NCBI GenBank assembly: GCA_965662235.1
Contig: CBFIGY010000038.1
Coordinates: forward strand, 1-24,991
Length of the DNA: 24,991 nucleotides
Reading direction: 5' to 3'
DNA from: an uncultured bacterium
GTDB lineage: Bacteria > SAR324 > NAC60-12
How positions within the stretch are numbered: the stretch's first letter is position 1; every line of letters begins with the position of its first letter. A program made the translations under genes and the position numbers. Shown here in pieces: positions 9,159 through 17,673 of this stretch. The notes beneath the pieces were generated by a model. The model was not told the origin of the DNA. It was given only the letters and a program-made list of their open reading frames with translations, and made no database searches.

Positions 9159-10508
9159 TCACGGATTGAGGGCTTTCTTGAGCATCCGGATGAGGTCCTC
9201 GTGTCCTTCGTTCTCGGCTTCTGAAAGGGCAGAGCGTCCAAACTGGTCGCGGATGTTCGGGTCAGCCCCCTTTTGCAGCAGCAGGGCCACGGTATCGGAA
9301 CGTCCCTCTCGGGTGGCTTCAATGAGGGCGGTGCTGCCGCTGACGTTTTGGGCATTGATGTCGGCCCCGTTTTCCAGCAGCAGGGAGGCAATGAAGGTCC
9401 GGCCTTCGTCTCCGGCCAGCATGAGGGCGGTGACGCCTTCGCCATCTCCGGTCCCAACGGCAGCGCCTTTTTCCAGAAGCAGTTCCACAATGCGGTCCCG
9501 GCCTTCTAGGGTGGCGAGCATCAGCGGGGTAATGCCTTGGTTGTCCTGAGCATTCACCTCGGCTCCTGCTTCAATGAGACGCCGGACGACGTTGTAACGT
9601 CCAAAGGCGCTGGCCTCCATGAGCGCAGTCCGTCCGGCCTCATCCCGCTGGTTGGGCTGGGCGCCGGAACGCAGGAGCTGGTTGACCTTGCTGAGGCGTC
9701 CTTCAATGGAGGCGCTGATGAGCTGATAGAGCTGCTGAGGGCTGTCGAAGGTTTCAAACGTGAGCGGCTCGACTTCCTCCCGGCGGCTGTCAAAGAGGTC
9801 TTCGGGGGTGAGGCGACTGAGCTGTCCGCTGTCCGGATTGGCGCCACGGAGGATGAGGTAGTTGACGGCGTCGGTGTACCCGTTGCTGGCTGCCGCAAGG
9901 ACGGGGGTGAAGCCTTCGTTGTTCTGGTCTCCAACAGGGGCGCCGGCGTCCAGCAGCATGCGGATGATGCTCAGGTGTCCTTCAAACGCGGCCACAATGA
10001 GGGCGGTCTCGCCGTTCCGGGTTTGGGCGTTGACGTCGGCTTCCCGCTCCAGCAGCAGTCGAACAATGGTGGTCTGGCCTTCAAGGGACGCGTAGATCAG
10101 GGGAGTGGAACCATCGTCGAGGCGGGACTCCAGGTCGGCCTTGCCGTTCAGGAGCAACCGAACCATCTCCAGGTCCCCTTGACGGATCGCCATGGTGAGG
10201 GCGGTGCTGCCCAGGTTGTCCCGGATCTCTGGATCGGCTCCCTGTTCCAGCAGCAGCTGGCACATGCGAGACTCCCCCAGCGTGGTCGCCAGCATCAGCG
10301 GCGTCCGGCCGGATTCATCTTGGGCATTCGGATCGGACTGGGCCCTGAGCAAGCGTTCCAAGCGGTCCCGGTTGCCTTCCCAGATGGCACTGAGGAGCGG
10401 GGTGCTCTGCGCCGAAGCCACCTGCCCCATCAGCAGGAGCCCGCACAGCACCCCTCCTGCAACGGCAAGCAACCGTGTCGAAAAGACCCGAACGGGCGAG
10501 CAGGGCAT
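9159..10508 (-). CDS. Exported ankyrin-repeat protein (about 12 repeats)
   Basis: Repeated G-x-T-P/A-L-x-x-A...V-x-L-L-L-x-x-G-A-D/E units, signal-like N-terminus ending ASA-QS, AAGGAG RBS before ATG 10508 (ORF-track extension to 10835 overlaps recD). Confidence 0.9.
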   Translation of the reverse strand: MPCSPVRVFSTRLLAVAGGVLCGLLLMGQVASAQSTPLLSAIWEGNRDRLERLLRAQSDPNAQDESGRTPLMLATTLGESRMCQLLLEQGADPEIRDNLGSTALTMAIRQGDLEMVRLLLNGKADLESRLDDGSTPLIYASLEGQTTIVRLLLEREADVNAQTRNGETALIVAAFEGHLSIIRMLLDAGAPVGDQNNEGFTPVLAAASNGYTDAVNYLILRGANPDSGQLSRLTPEDLFDSRREEVEPLTFETFDSPQQLYQLISASIEGRLSKVNQLLRSGAQPNQRDEAGRTALMEASAFGRYNVVRRLIEAGAEVNAQDNQGITPLMLATLEGRDRIVELLLEKGAAVGTGDGEGVTALMLAGDEGRTFIASLLLENGADINAQNVSGSTALIEATREGRSDTVALLLQKGADPNIRDQFGRSALSEAENEGHEDLIRMLKKALNP

Positions 10509-10515
10509 GAACTCC

Positions 10516-12645
10516 TTAGGGCTGGGAAAATGAGGCATCCGGACGCAACCTGTGCGGAAGGCCGGAGTGCCGATGCTGGGTTTGCTGTACGGCTTGTTGC
10601 CAGACCTCCCATGTTCCAGAGAGCAGGACCGAGTGCTTGGCTCGGGTGACGGCCGTGTAGACCATTTCCCGAGAGACCAGGCTGGAGACGGTGGTGCGCT
10701 GCAGGTCCTCTGCATCCGGAAGGATGAGGGCGACATGGCTGTATTCGGAACCCTGGCTCTTGTGAACCGTGATGGCATAGGCCAGTTCGAGATTCCGAAG
10801 TTCATGATCATAAAACGTCTGGTAGCCGTCATCAACAGGAAAAACCAGTTTGTTCACGGGGGCTTGTGATTGCGCCTCCTGGATCCTCAGGCACACGCCC
10901 TGGTCACCGTTAAAGATCTGGCGTTCATGACTATTTCGGGTCGCAATGATGGGGGCGCCTGGGAAGACGCCGGACGCTGGAGCGCCCAGCAGTTGCCGGA
11001 TGCGTTCGTTCAGGGCCTGGGTTCCGGAAGGAAGCACACGGGTGAGGGCCAGGAGGCGGGTTTGGTGCAATTCGGTGAAGGTCGTTTGCCACCACTCGCG
11101 GTTGGTCTGCAGGTCGTCTTCGGTAAAGACGTCTTCGCGCAGACGCTGCAGACGTTCCTGCCGGTGGAAGCGGTTGAGCCACTCTTGCAGCAACGCGTCA
11201 TGAGCCCGGGCTCGTCGAGGACGGCAGTAGAAGCGCACCCCCTGGGCCTCCCATTCTGGAAGCGAAGGAACCTCGGGCGCAAGCTGCGGAAAGGCTTCTG
11301 TGGTTTCAGGATTGGGGTTCCGGATGGCCTGAGCCAGGTTCAGAATGGCGCCGCCACCTCCACCAGCCTGCTGCCGGAAGCTCTGACGCAGCTCCACTGT
11401 GGGAAGAAAGGTCCGGGGCTGCACCGGAGCCGGCGGCTCGGTTGAGAGAAGTGCCTCGGCATTGGGGTGCACCTCCCGGAGCCATGACGCCTGCTGCCGG
11501 CTCCAGAACTCAGGCTCTGAAAGCAGATTGAGGAAGGCTGCTCCGGTGCCCACCGCTGGAAGCTGTCCGGGATCGCCGAGCAGGATCACCCGTGGCACCG
11601 AAGGCATGCCGGGGATGCGAGACTGAGTGGCCTGGAAGAGGTGCTGCATCAGCTCAAGGTCAATCATCGAGGCTTCATCCACAATGATGACGTCTGCCGT
11701 GAGTGGGGAAAGGGCGTTCCGTTGGAAGCGTTTGAGCCGGGGGGCGTACCCGAGCAGGCCATGGAGGGTTTGGGAGTGCTGCAGAGCGGCCCCCAGCTGA
11801 CGGTCCACTTCCGGAGGTTCCTTCAGGGAACTCAACCCTGCCCGTAACGATTCCAGCAGACGCCGAGCCGCCCGTCCGGTGGGCGCACAGAGCACCGGAT
11901 TCAGTGGTGCCGGAGTAAGCCGAGCCATCAGTCGCAGGACGGTGGTGACCACCGAGGTTTTGCCGGTTCCGGGGCCTCCGGAGATGAGCAACGTGGGGGC
12001 CGTGAGGGCCAGCAGGCTGGCAAGCTGCTGCTCAGAAGCAAGCTCCAGGGGCGTGGTTCCCTGCTGGAGCGGATGCTGGCGCTGAACCTCTTCCCAGGCC
12101 TGGCGGACCTGAGCCACAGGAGGCCGATCGATTTGCAGGGCCTGTCGCTCCTGCAGCGCACACGCTAGGGCCCGTTCCTGCTGAAAGCTTCGGTGCTGAA
12201 AGAGGAGGTCGAAGGCCCAGATGAGGGGCGCCGTCGCTGAGGCCGAGCCGATGAGCCGGGGGTGCGTCTGAAGCACCGTGTGGAGCGTCTCCGGCGTCAG
12301 GTCTCCGTAAAGCTGCCACTGGGTGAGGTGCTCGCTCCACGTTTGGCAAAACTCAGCAACAGGCACTCCGGAGCTTCCCTGCTCAACCGCCTTCCGGACC
12401 TCCAGCAGCGCTGCACAGAGGATGACGGCGTCCGGGGTGTCTGCGGCAACACCACTGCTTTGGACAAGGCTGAGGGCCTGGTGGACAAAGGCCGGACTGA
12501 GCGTCTGGCGTGTGAAGTGGTCCAGCAGAAAGGACAAAAATGGGAGCGACGGTCCGGGTCCCAACACGCCCTGGAGCGTGAGGCCTCCGGAGTCGCCCAC
12601 AGGCGCAAGGGAAGAGGGTGGGGTCAGCGTGGGGGGAGGTTCCAC
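10516..12645 (-). CDS. recD: Exodeoxyribonuclease V alpha subunit (RecD, SF1B helicase)
   Basis: GGPGTGKT, APTGRAARRL, TLHGLLG, IIVDEASM, LLGDPGQLPAVG, IFNGDQG, YAITVHKSQGSEY, VYTAVTRAK. Start codon uncertain (GTG overlapping the HAD 3' end). Confidence 0.88.
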   Translation of the reverse strand: MEPPPTLTPPSSLAPVGDSGGLTLQGVLGPGPSLPFLSFLLDHFTRQTLSPAFVHQALSLVQSSGVAADTPDAVILCAALLEVRKAVEQGSSGVPVAEFCQTWSEHLTQWQLYGDLTPETLHTVLQTHPRLIGSASATAPLIWAFDLLFQHRSFQQERALACALQERQALQIDRPPVAQVRQAWEEVQRQHPLQQGTTPLELASEQQLASLLALTAPTLLISGGPGTGKTSVVTTVLRLMARLTPAPLNPVLCAPTGRAARRLLESLRAGLSSLKEPPEVDRQLGAALQHSQTLHGLLGYAPRLKRFQRNALSPLTADVIIVDEASMIDLELMQHLFQATQSRIPGMPSVPRVILLGDPGQLPAVGTGAAFLNLLSEPEFWSRQQASWLREVHPNAEALLSTEPPAPVQPRTFLPTVELRQSFRQQAGGGGGAILNLAQAIRNPNPETTEAFPQLAPEVPSLPEWEAQGVRFYCRPRRARAHDALLQEWLNRFHRQERLQRLREDVFTEDDLQTNREWWQTTFTELHQTRLLALTRVLPSGTQALNERIRQLLGAPASGVFPGAPIIATRNSHERQIFNGDQGVCLRIQEAQSQAPVNKLVFPVDDGYQTFYDHELRNLELAYAITVHKSQGSEYSHVALILPDAEDLQRTTVSSLVSREMVYTAVTRAKHSVLLSGTWEVWQQAVQQTQHRHSGLPHRLRPDASFSQP

Positions 12646-13292
12646 GGAGCGGGGTCGAAGTCGTTCAGGGAGTCGAGGATGGCGTCTACGTCATCGAACG
12701 GAGTCCGGTCCATTTGCGGATCCGGCACCACAATCACCGACATGCCTGCCGCCCGCGCGGCCTTCATGCCAGAAGGGGCGTCTTCAAAGACGAGGCAGCG
12801 TTCCGGAGGCACCCCCAGACGCTGGGCGGCAATCAGGAAAATGTCTGGCGCCGGCTTGCCCTGCTTGATCTCGGGGTCGTCTCCGTTGACCACTAGGTCA
12901 AAGTCCTGAAACCACTCCTGGTGCCGCTCCGTCTTGAGGGTGAAGAGGCGTTTGACGGAGCTCGTTGCCACCGCCTGCTTCACGCCGTTTTGGCGCAGGT
13001 GTCCGGTGAGTTCCGGCGCGCCCGGAAGGGGCTGTACCTGGGCAAACAGCTCCTCAAGGGTGCCGTTGCGACGGTCGAGGTACTCCTGGGCGGTGATGGG
13101 GAGTTCCAGCTCAGAGACAATCATCTGTGCCGACTCCATTGCCTTGCGGCCAATGACACGGGACTTGAGGGACCAGTCGAAGACCTTCCCGTACTGGGAG
13201 GCGATCTCCTGAGTGACCTCGGTGTAGAAGCTTTCGGTGTCCAGCAGGAGGCCGTCCATGTCGAAGAGCACCGCTTCAATGGGCTTGGGCAT
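12624..13292 (-). CDS. HAD-IA family phosphatase (HDHD1/PUDP/GPP-like)
   Basis: Motif I FDMDGLLLDTE, motif II ATSS, motif III GKPAPDIF, motif IV FEDAPSG. Confidence 0.93.
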   Translation of the reverse strand: MPKPIEAVLFDMDGLLLDTESFYTEVTQEIASQYGKVFDWSLKSRVIGRKAMESAQMIVSELELPITAQEYLDRRNGTLEELFAQVQPLPGAPELTGHLRQNGVKQAVATSSVKRLFTLKTERHQEWFQDFDLVVNGDDPEIKQGKPAPDIFLIAAQRLGVPPERCLVFEDAPSGMKAARAAGMSVIVVPDPQMDRTPFDDVDAILDSLNDFDPAPWNLPPR

Positions 13293-13295
13293 GGT

Positions 13296-14015
13296 TCAGA
13301 ACAGGTTCGGGAGGTAGCGGCTGAGGTCGACGGACTGTTCGCCTCCCTGGCGGAGGGTGTAGCGGACGGTTTTTTCGTCTGCCCAGGAAAGGTCCAGCCG
13401 CGCCAGCACGTCGGTGATTTCCAGGTCCCGGATGCTCCGGTACCCTTCGGTGTCGTGCCGGACGACATGAAGCCGGAAGGTGTAGGTCCGGTAGGGGTCG
13501 GTGCCGTCACTGGGTTCGACCATCTCCGACTTGATGATGTTGTAGAACACGGCGTGTGTGTCAGAGGCCACCAGTCCGGTGGCTGTCCGGGAGCGTCCGA
13601 GCAGCGGCTGAATCTCTCCTCGGAAGAGGCGGAACAGCTTCAGGGTCCGGGAGTCGGTTTCCAGCACCTCGTAGTAACGGTCGTCAATGGGCTGGAGTCG
13701 GAGCGTGTTGGCGTTCTCCGCTTCGGCCACATCCAGGCGCAGGGCTCCAGAATTTTCCCGATAGAGGTAGACAAACTTGCCCTCGAGGCCGTAGATGAGC
13801 TGAGCCGAGAGGATGATCCGACGGGGATCAGATGCGAGCCACTGCTCCTCAAAGTAGAGGCCGTTTCCGGGCTGATTCGGCGGGTAGATCTGAAAGGCGT
13901 CCTGCTGGAGGATCGCGGTGTCGGTGCTGCGTGGAAAGAACTCCACCGCAAGGGCGCTGCTGAAGGACAGCGAGAGGCCGAGGGCGGTGAGGAACAGGGT
14001 GAGCAAGTGTTTCAT
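13296..14015 (-). CDS. Hypothetical exported protein (beta-rich)
   Basis: Sec signal MKHLLTLFLTALGLSLSFSSALA, host-like codon usage, stop 3 nt before the HAD ATG. No family recognised. Confidence 0.8.
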   Translation of the reverse strand: MKHLLTLFLTALGLSLSFSSALAVEFFPRSTDTAILQQDAFQIYPPNQPGNGLYFEEQWLASDPRRIILSAQLIYGLEGKFVYLYRENSGALRLDVAEAENANTLRLQPIDDRYYEVLETDSRTLKLFRLFRGEIQPLLGRSRTATGLVASDTHAVFYNIIKSEMVEPSDGTDPYRTYTFRLHVVRHDTEGYRSIRDLEITDVLARLDLSWADEKTVRYTLRQGGEQSVDLSRYLPNLF

Positions 14016-14055
14016 GACGAAGGGACTGTGGGGCAAGGAAGTCTGGAATTTTGCA

Positions 14056-14084
14056 ATTCTGCTAATTCATGGCTTTTCCTGCAA
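14056..14084 (-). promoter_or_regulatory. Possible sigma70 promoter of the minus-strand operon
   Basis: Minus strand TTGCAG-17 nt-CAGAAT about 40 nt upstream of ATG 14015. Confidence 0.3.
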
Positions 14085-14194
14085 GGCAAAACTTGGGAAG
14101 CTGAAGGAAACGCACCTCATGCGCATGCGCATTGCATGACTGAACTCCGGAGGACCGACGGGTCCGACTTTCGCTCAAACCAATTCTTGCTGTT

Positions 14195-15388
14195 GTGACT
14201 TCCACTGCTGGCCCTTCTTTTGACTTAACCTGTGCGGTTCCCCGTTCGGGTCGAACGCTGCGCAACTTTCTGGGGAAACTGAAACAGCTGGGCGCCCCAG
14301 CTGAAGAAATTGACCAAATTTCAGCAGTGCTGGATCAGGGAAAGGCCCTGAGCAGCCCCAACCTCAAGGAGGTGACCGAGCAGCTGCAGGGCTTCCTGCA
14401 GAGTGCGCCGCCGTGCTTTTCCGTGTTTGTGGACCGCAAGCGCTCCCGGCGTCCGTACCGCATCGGCTTCTTGGGATACGAGTGGGAGCTCGCAGGGCAC
14501 CGGCTCCGGATTGAGGGGGAGGAGCCCCACAACGGTTCCTCCCTCATTCGTCTGGACGAGGTGGACTTCACCATTGTCGGGCTGGACGAGTTGCTGTCGA
14601 TGACGCAGTACTACCTGCGGGACCCCACCAATGTGACCAAGTGGGGCATGTACAACTACCACCTCGTCAAGCCCACAGGCATCCGCATTGCGGGCTCAGC
14701 CATGCTGACCAGTCCTAATGCGACTCTGCAGCAAGAGGTGCAGGACGTGGTGGGCTTCTTCCTCATTTCCAAGCCTGGAGGTCGGGGCCGGAGTCCGATC
14801 AGCCTAGAAACGCTGGCCCGGCACGGGCGCCCCGTGTTTGTGAAGGGACGCTACACCGGAATCGTCCATGCCGCGTATCCGGGGCTCCGAGTGGTGTCGG
14901 TGGAAGACGTGGAAGACGCCGTGCTGGAAGCTGAGGTGGGCAGTGTCGGCATCGAAATTGTACAGAGCGGCAACACCCTGAGGCGCAAGGGACTGATGCT
15001 GCACGGCTCTCCGCTCTTTCTCTCGGAAAGCCTCTACGTCGTCGATTACGACCGTTACGTCCACAACCCGGCGCTCCGGAAACTCATTGAATCACTGAAG
15101 CCGATCGGATACTTTGAGGACGAACGGCTGCAGCACTTTGCGCGGTGGTACGCCGCTTTGGAACACAACATGGGAGACCAGTGGGTGGAGCGTCCGCAAG
15201 TGAGTGACCTCCTGTGTGGGCCCCATGATGTTACGGAAGGCCTCAGGCCCTACCGTTTGCAGACCCGGCACTGGAAGCCGGATGATCAGTATCAGCGCGA
15301 AGAGGCGGAAGCCCTGGTGGAACGCGCCTGTCAAAAGCTGAATCGGTACTACCAGCAGGTACGGGAGCACCTCGTGTCGCTGGGCTGA
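14195..15388 (+). CDS. Divergent ATP phosphoribosyltransferase (HisG)-fold protein
   Basis: Colinear HisG-like blocks LTCAVPRSGR, EVDFTIVGLDEL, IEIVQSGNTLRRKGL, PLFLSESLYV, with large insertions and a non-canonical C-terminus. GTG start uncertain. Confidence 0.68.
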   Translation: MTSTAGPSFDLTCAVPRSGRTLRNFLGKLKQLGAPAEEIDQISAVLDQGKALSSPNLKEVTEQLQGFLQSAPPCFSVFVDRKRSRRPYRIGFLGYEWELAGHRLRIEGEEPHNGSSLIRLDEVDFTIVGLDELLSMTQYYLRDPTNVTKWGMYNYHLVKPTGIRIAGSAMLTSPNATLQQEVQDVVGFFLISKPGGRGRSPISLETLARHGRPVFVKGRYTGIVHAAYPGLRVVSVEDVEDAVLEAEVGSVGIEIVQSGNTLRRKGLMLHGSPLFLSESLYVVDYDRYVHNPALRKLIESLKPIGYFEDERLQHFARWYAALEHNMGDQWVERPQVSDLLCGPHDVTEGLRPYRLQTRHWKPDDQYQREEAEALVERACQKLNRYYQQVREHLVSLG

Positions 15389-15413
15389 ACCCGACAACTT
15401 CTCAAAAGCGAAC

Positions 15414-17069
15414 ATGCTGAAAAACCATCACGTTCTGACTCGCCTCCTGATGGGGGTCCTGGGACTGAGCCTGCTGCTCAGTGGCGGGATGCGGACCGCA
15501 GTTGCGCAGGGCACCCAGAGTCTGTTTGTGGACAATGAGGCCGTTGCCGGACGCGTGGCCAACTCCATTCAACGCTCCGTGCCGGCCCAGTTCACCACCC
15601 TGGCGATCTCCCGGATCAAGCTGGAGAACACCCAGCTCAACCTCAACATCAATGAGCTGATCGACTACATCAACGTCAAGGTTGTCCGGACCCAGCGCTT
15701 CCGGGTCACCGACCGGTCGAAGCTCCAGCTCATTCTGCAGGAACAGCGCATCCAGCTCTCCGAATTTGTCACCCCGAACGAGTACCGGGAGCTCGGCAAC
15801 ATCCTAGGGGTGCAGCTGTTCATCTACGGGTCCATCTACAAGGAGACGCTGATCCTCAAGGCCATCGACGTCCAGAACTCCTCCATCGTTTGGGCCGACG
15901 CCTTTCCGCTCTTTGAGGAACGGGACCACTACCTGCTCCTCAATGACCTCAACGGCAAGTTCATCGACTCCCTGCGACGGGACGAGGAGCGCCTGAAGGA
16001 GGAGAAGATCCGGCGTGTGAGTTTCTGGAGCATCGACACCCCCAAGTCCTTCAGCTCCGAAGAGGTCATGGACTACCTGACCGTGGCGATTTCTCAGGAG
16101 TCGTTGCTGAGCGTGGTGGACCGGGAGAACCTCAAGCTCATCTATCAGGAACAGCAGCTCAACACGGCCGCCTTCATTGATGAAAACCAGGCCCGGCGTC
16201 TGGGGGAACTCTATGGGGTGGACGCCTTTGTCTATGGCACCATCAACACGCGTCCGGATGGCGAACTGGTGGCCTCGTTGAAGATGATGAGCATCTACAC
16301 CGGTGTCATCCTCTGGGCAGACCTGATCAAGTTTGGGGTGCCACTCCGTGAGCAGACGGCGCTGGTGAACCCCTTCACGCAGAAGCTTCAGCAGCGCAAG
16401 CCTCAGGATGCCAAGGACCAGGTGCTCATTCCCGGAGGTGTGTTTGTGATGGGCAGCAACGACCCGCTCTACAGCGACGCTTCCCCTGAACGGACGGTGC
16501 GGGTGAAGGCCTTCCTGATTGACATCCAGGAGGTGACACAGGATCAGTACTACGAGTTTGTCCAACGGACCGGACACCGCGAGCCCGTTGGCTGGCAGGA
16601 AGGACGTTACCCAGACGGACAGGCGGACCACCCGGTGGTGGGCGTGACCTGGGAAGATGCCAAGTTCTACTGCCAGTACGTTGGCAAACGGCTGCTGACG
16701 GAAATTGAGTGGGAACGGGCCATCCGGGGACCGAAGGGACGCAAGTACCCCTGGAACGGAACCGGCTTTGCGCCCAACTTTGCTGTAACGCGCGAATCCG
16801 GGGCCGAGGGTTCGGTTTCTGTGAATGAACGGAACCGGGACATCACCCCAGAAGGCGTCATGCACCTCTCCGGCAACGTCCGGGAGTTTGTGGCCGACCA
16901 CTACCGACCCTACACCTCTTCCTCGACAGAAGCCGGAGGCGTGGAGCGTGTGGTGCGCGGATCGTCCTGGGCGTTCAATGCGTTTGAGGCCGCTGGCTAC
17001 TACCGTGGGCACACCCGCCCCAATCTCGCATGGCCCGACACCGGGTTCCGATGCGGCAAAACCCTTTAA
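15414..17069 (+). CDS. Exported protein with two CsgG/LpoB/FlgO-like domains and a C-terminal FGE-sulfatase (SUMF1, C-lectin fold) domain
   Basis: Signal peptide (AVA-Q). Internal repeat FRVTDRSKLQLILQEQ...ELGNILGVQLFIYGSI / LSVVDRENLKLIYQEQ...RLGELYGVDAFVYGTI. FGE motifs IPGGVFVMGS, EVT, HPVVGVTWEDA, RLLTEIEWE, GNVREF, RVVRGSSW, GFRC. Confidence 0.88.
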   Translation: MLKNHHVLTRLLMGVLGLSLLLSGGMRTAVAQGTQSLFVDNEAVAGRVANSIQRSVPAQFTTLAISRIKLENTQLNLNINELIDYINVKVVRTQRFRVTDRSKLQLILQEQRIQLSEFVTPNEYRELGNILGVQLFIYGSIYKETLILKAIDVQNSSIVWADAFPLFEERDHYLLLNDLNGKFIDSLRRDEERLKEEKIRRVSFWSIDTPKSFSSEEVMDYLTVAISQESLLSVVDRENLKLIYQEQQLNTAAFIDENQARRLGELYGVDAFVYGTINTRPDGELVASLKMMSIYTGVILWADLIKFGVPLREQTALVNPFTQKLQQRKPQDAKDQVLIPGGVFVMGSNDPLYSDASPERTVRVKAFLIDIQEVTQDQYYEFVQRTGHREPVGWQEGRYPDGQADHPVVGVTWEDAKFYCQYVGKRLLTEIEWERAIRGPKGRKYPWNGTGFAPNFAVTRESGAEGSVSVNERNRDITPEGVMHLSGNVREFVADHYRPYTSSSTEAGGVERVVRGSSWAFNAFEAAGYYRGHTRPNLAWPDTGFRCGKTL

Positions 17070-17078
17070 GATGAGACC

Positions 17079-17573
17079 ATGTCTGGACTGCTGATGCTCT
17101 TGGGGAGCCTCCTCATTTTTGCCAATCCTGAGGTGCGGCTGGATGCGGTCAGTCCCCACTGGAACCAGACGAGCGCGTTTCACGGCGCCTCCGGACTGGG
17201 TGGGTCGCTTTATGGACACTACCGGGACAACCGGGCCATGCGGCACTCCCTGAACCTGCGGACGGTGGAGAACGGCGATTACCGCTCCACGACCTACTCC
17301 CTTGGGGTGGACGCCCTGCTTCCTCTGCAGCAGTCTCCGATTGAGCTCGCGGTGGGAGTTGAGTTGGGCAGTGCCGACCTGCGTTATCAAGACGGCTCCG
17401 GCTCAGAGTCAGAGCGCCTCGGAGGTGACCTGCATGCCGAGGTGGCCCAGTACTTCACCGTTGGCGACACGCTGCTGTTTGGGTTTGTCCGACCTGCGTG
17501 GCAGTTCTATGAGTTCGATGCCGCCTCCGGAACCGGCTTCAGTCTCTCGTTGGGCGTCGGCAGCCGGTTCTAA
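17079..17573 (+). CDS. Small outer-membrane beta-barrel protein (putative)
   Basis: Hydrophobic N-terminus, alternating amphipathic strands, C-terminal SLSLGVGSRF ending in Phe; 9 nt after the FGE gene stop. Confidence 0.65.
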   Translation: MSGLLMLLGSLLIFANPEVRLDAVSPHWNQTSAFHGASGLGGSLYGHYRDNRAMRHSLNLRTVENGDYRSTTYSLGVDALLPLQQSPIELAVGVELGSADLRYQDGSGSESERLGGDLHAEVAQYFTVGDTLLFGFVRPAWQFYEFDAASGTGFSLSLGVGSRF

Positions 17574-17603
17574 CCCTCCTTCTTCTTCTCAGTCCCCTTC
17601 CCA

Positions 17604-17631
17604 CCTCCTCCGGACCGCCCCGGAGGTGAGG
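17604..17631 (+). terminator. GC-rich hairpin after the three-gene cluster
   Basis: CCTCCGG-accgcc-CCGGAGG (17607-17626), extendable with a bulge and preceded by a C/T-rich tract. No U-tract, so not a classical intrinsic terminator. Confidence 0.3.
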
Positions 17632-17673
17632 ACCATCGGAGCAAGGCCACAATAAAGACGCGCGGTATCGCGT

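Noticed and set aside
10509..10835. Extended N-terminus of the ankyrin ORF
   Set aside because: Overlaps conserved recD motifs; RBS and signal peptide support ATG 10508.
14028..14198. His attenuator leader (HAHAH codons at 14118-14132 upstream of the HisG-like gene)
   Set aside because: The only in-frame start upstream is a GTG at 14028, 13 nt from the divergent gene with a poorly spaced SD. No terminator hairpin with U-tract follows, and the His codons are explained by the palindrome.
16940..17069. DGR variable region at the C-terminus of the FGE/C-lectin domain
   Set aside because: No template repeat, reverse transcriptase or avd gene seen in the window; a remote DGR cannot be excluded.
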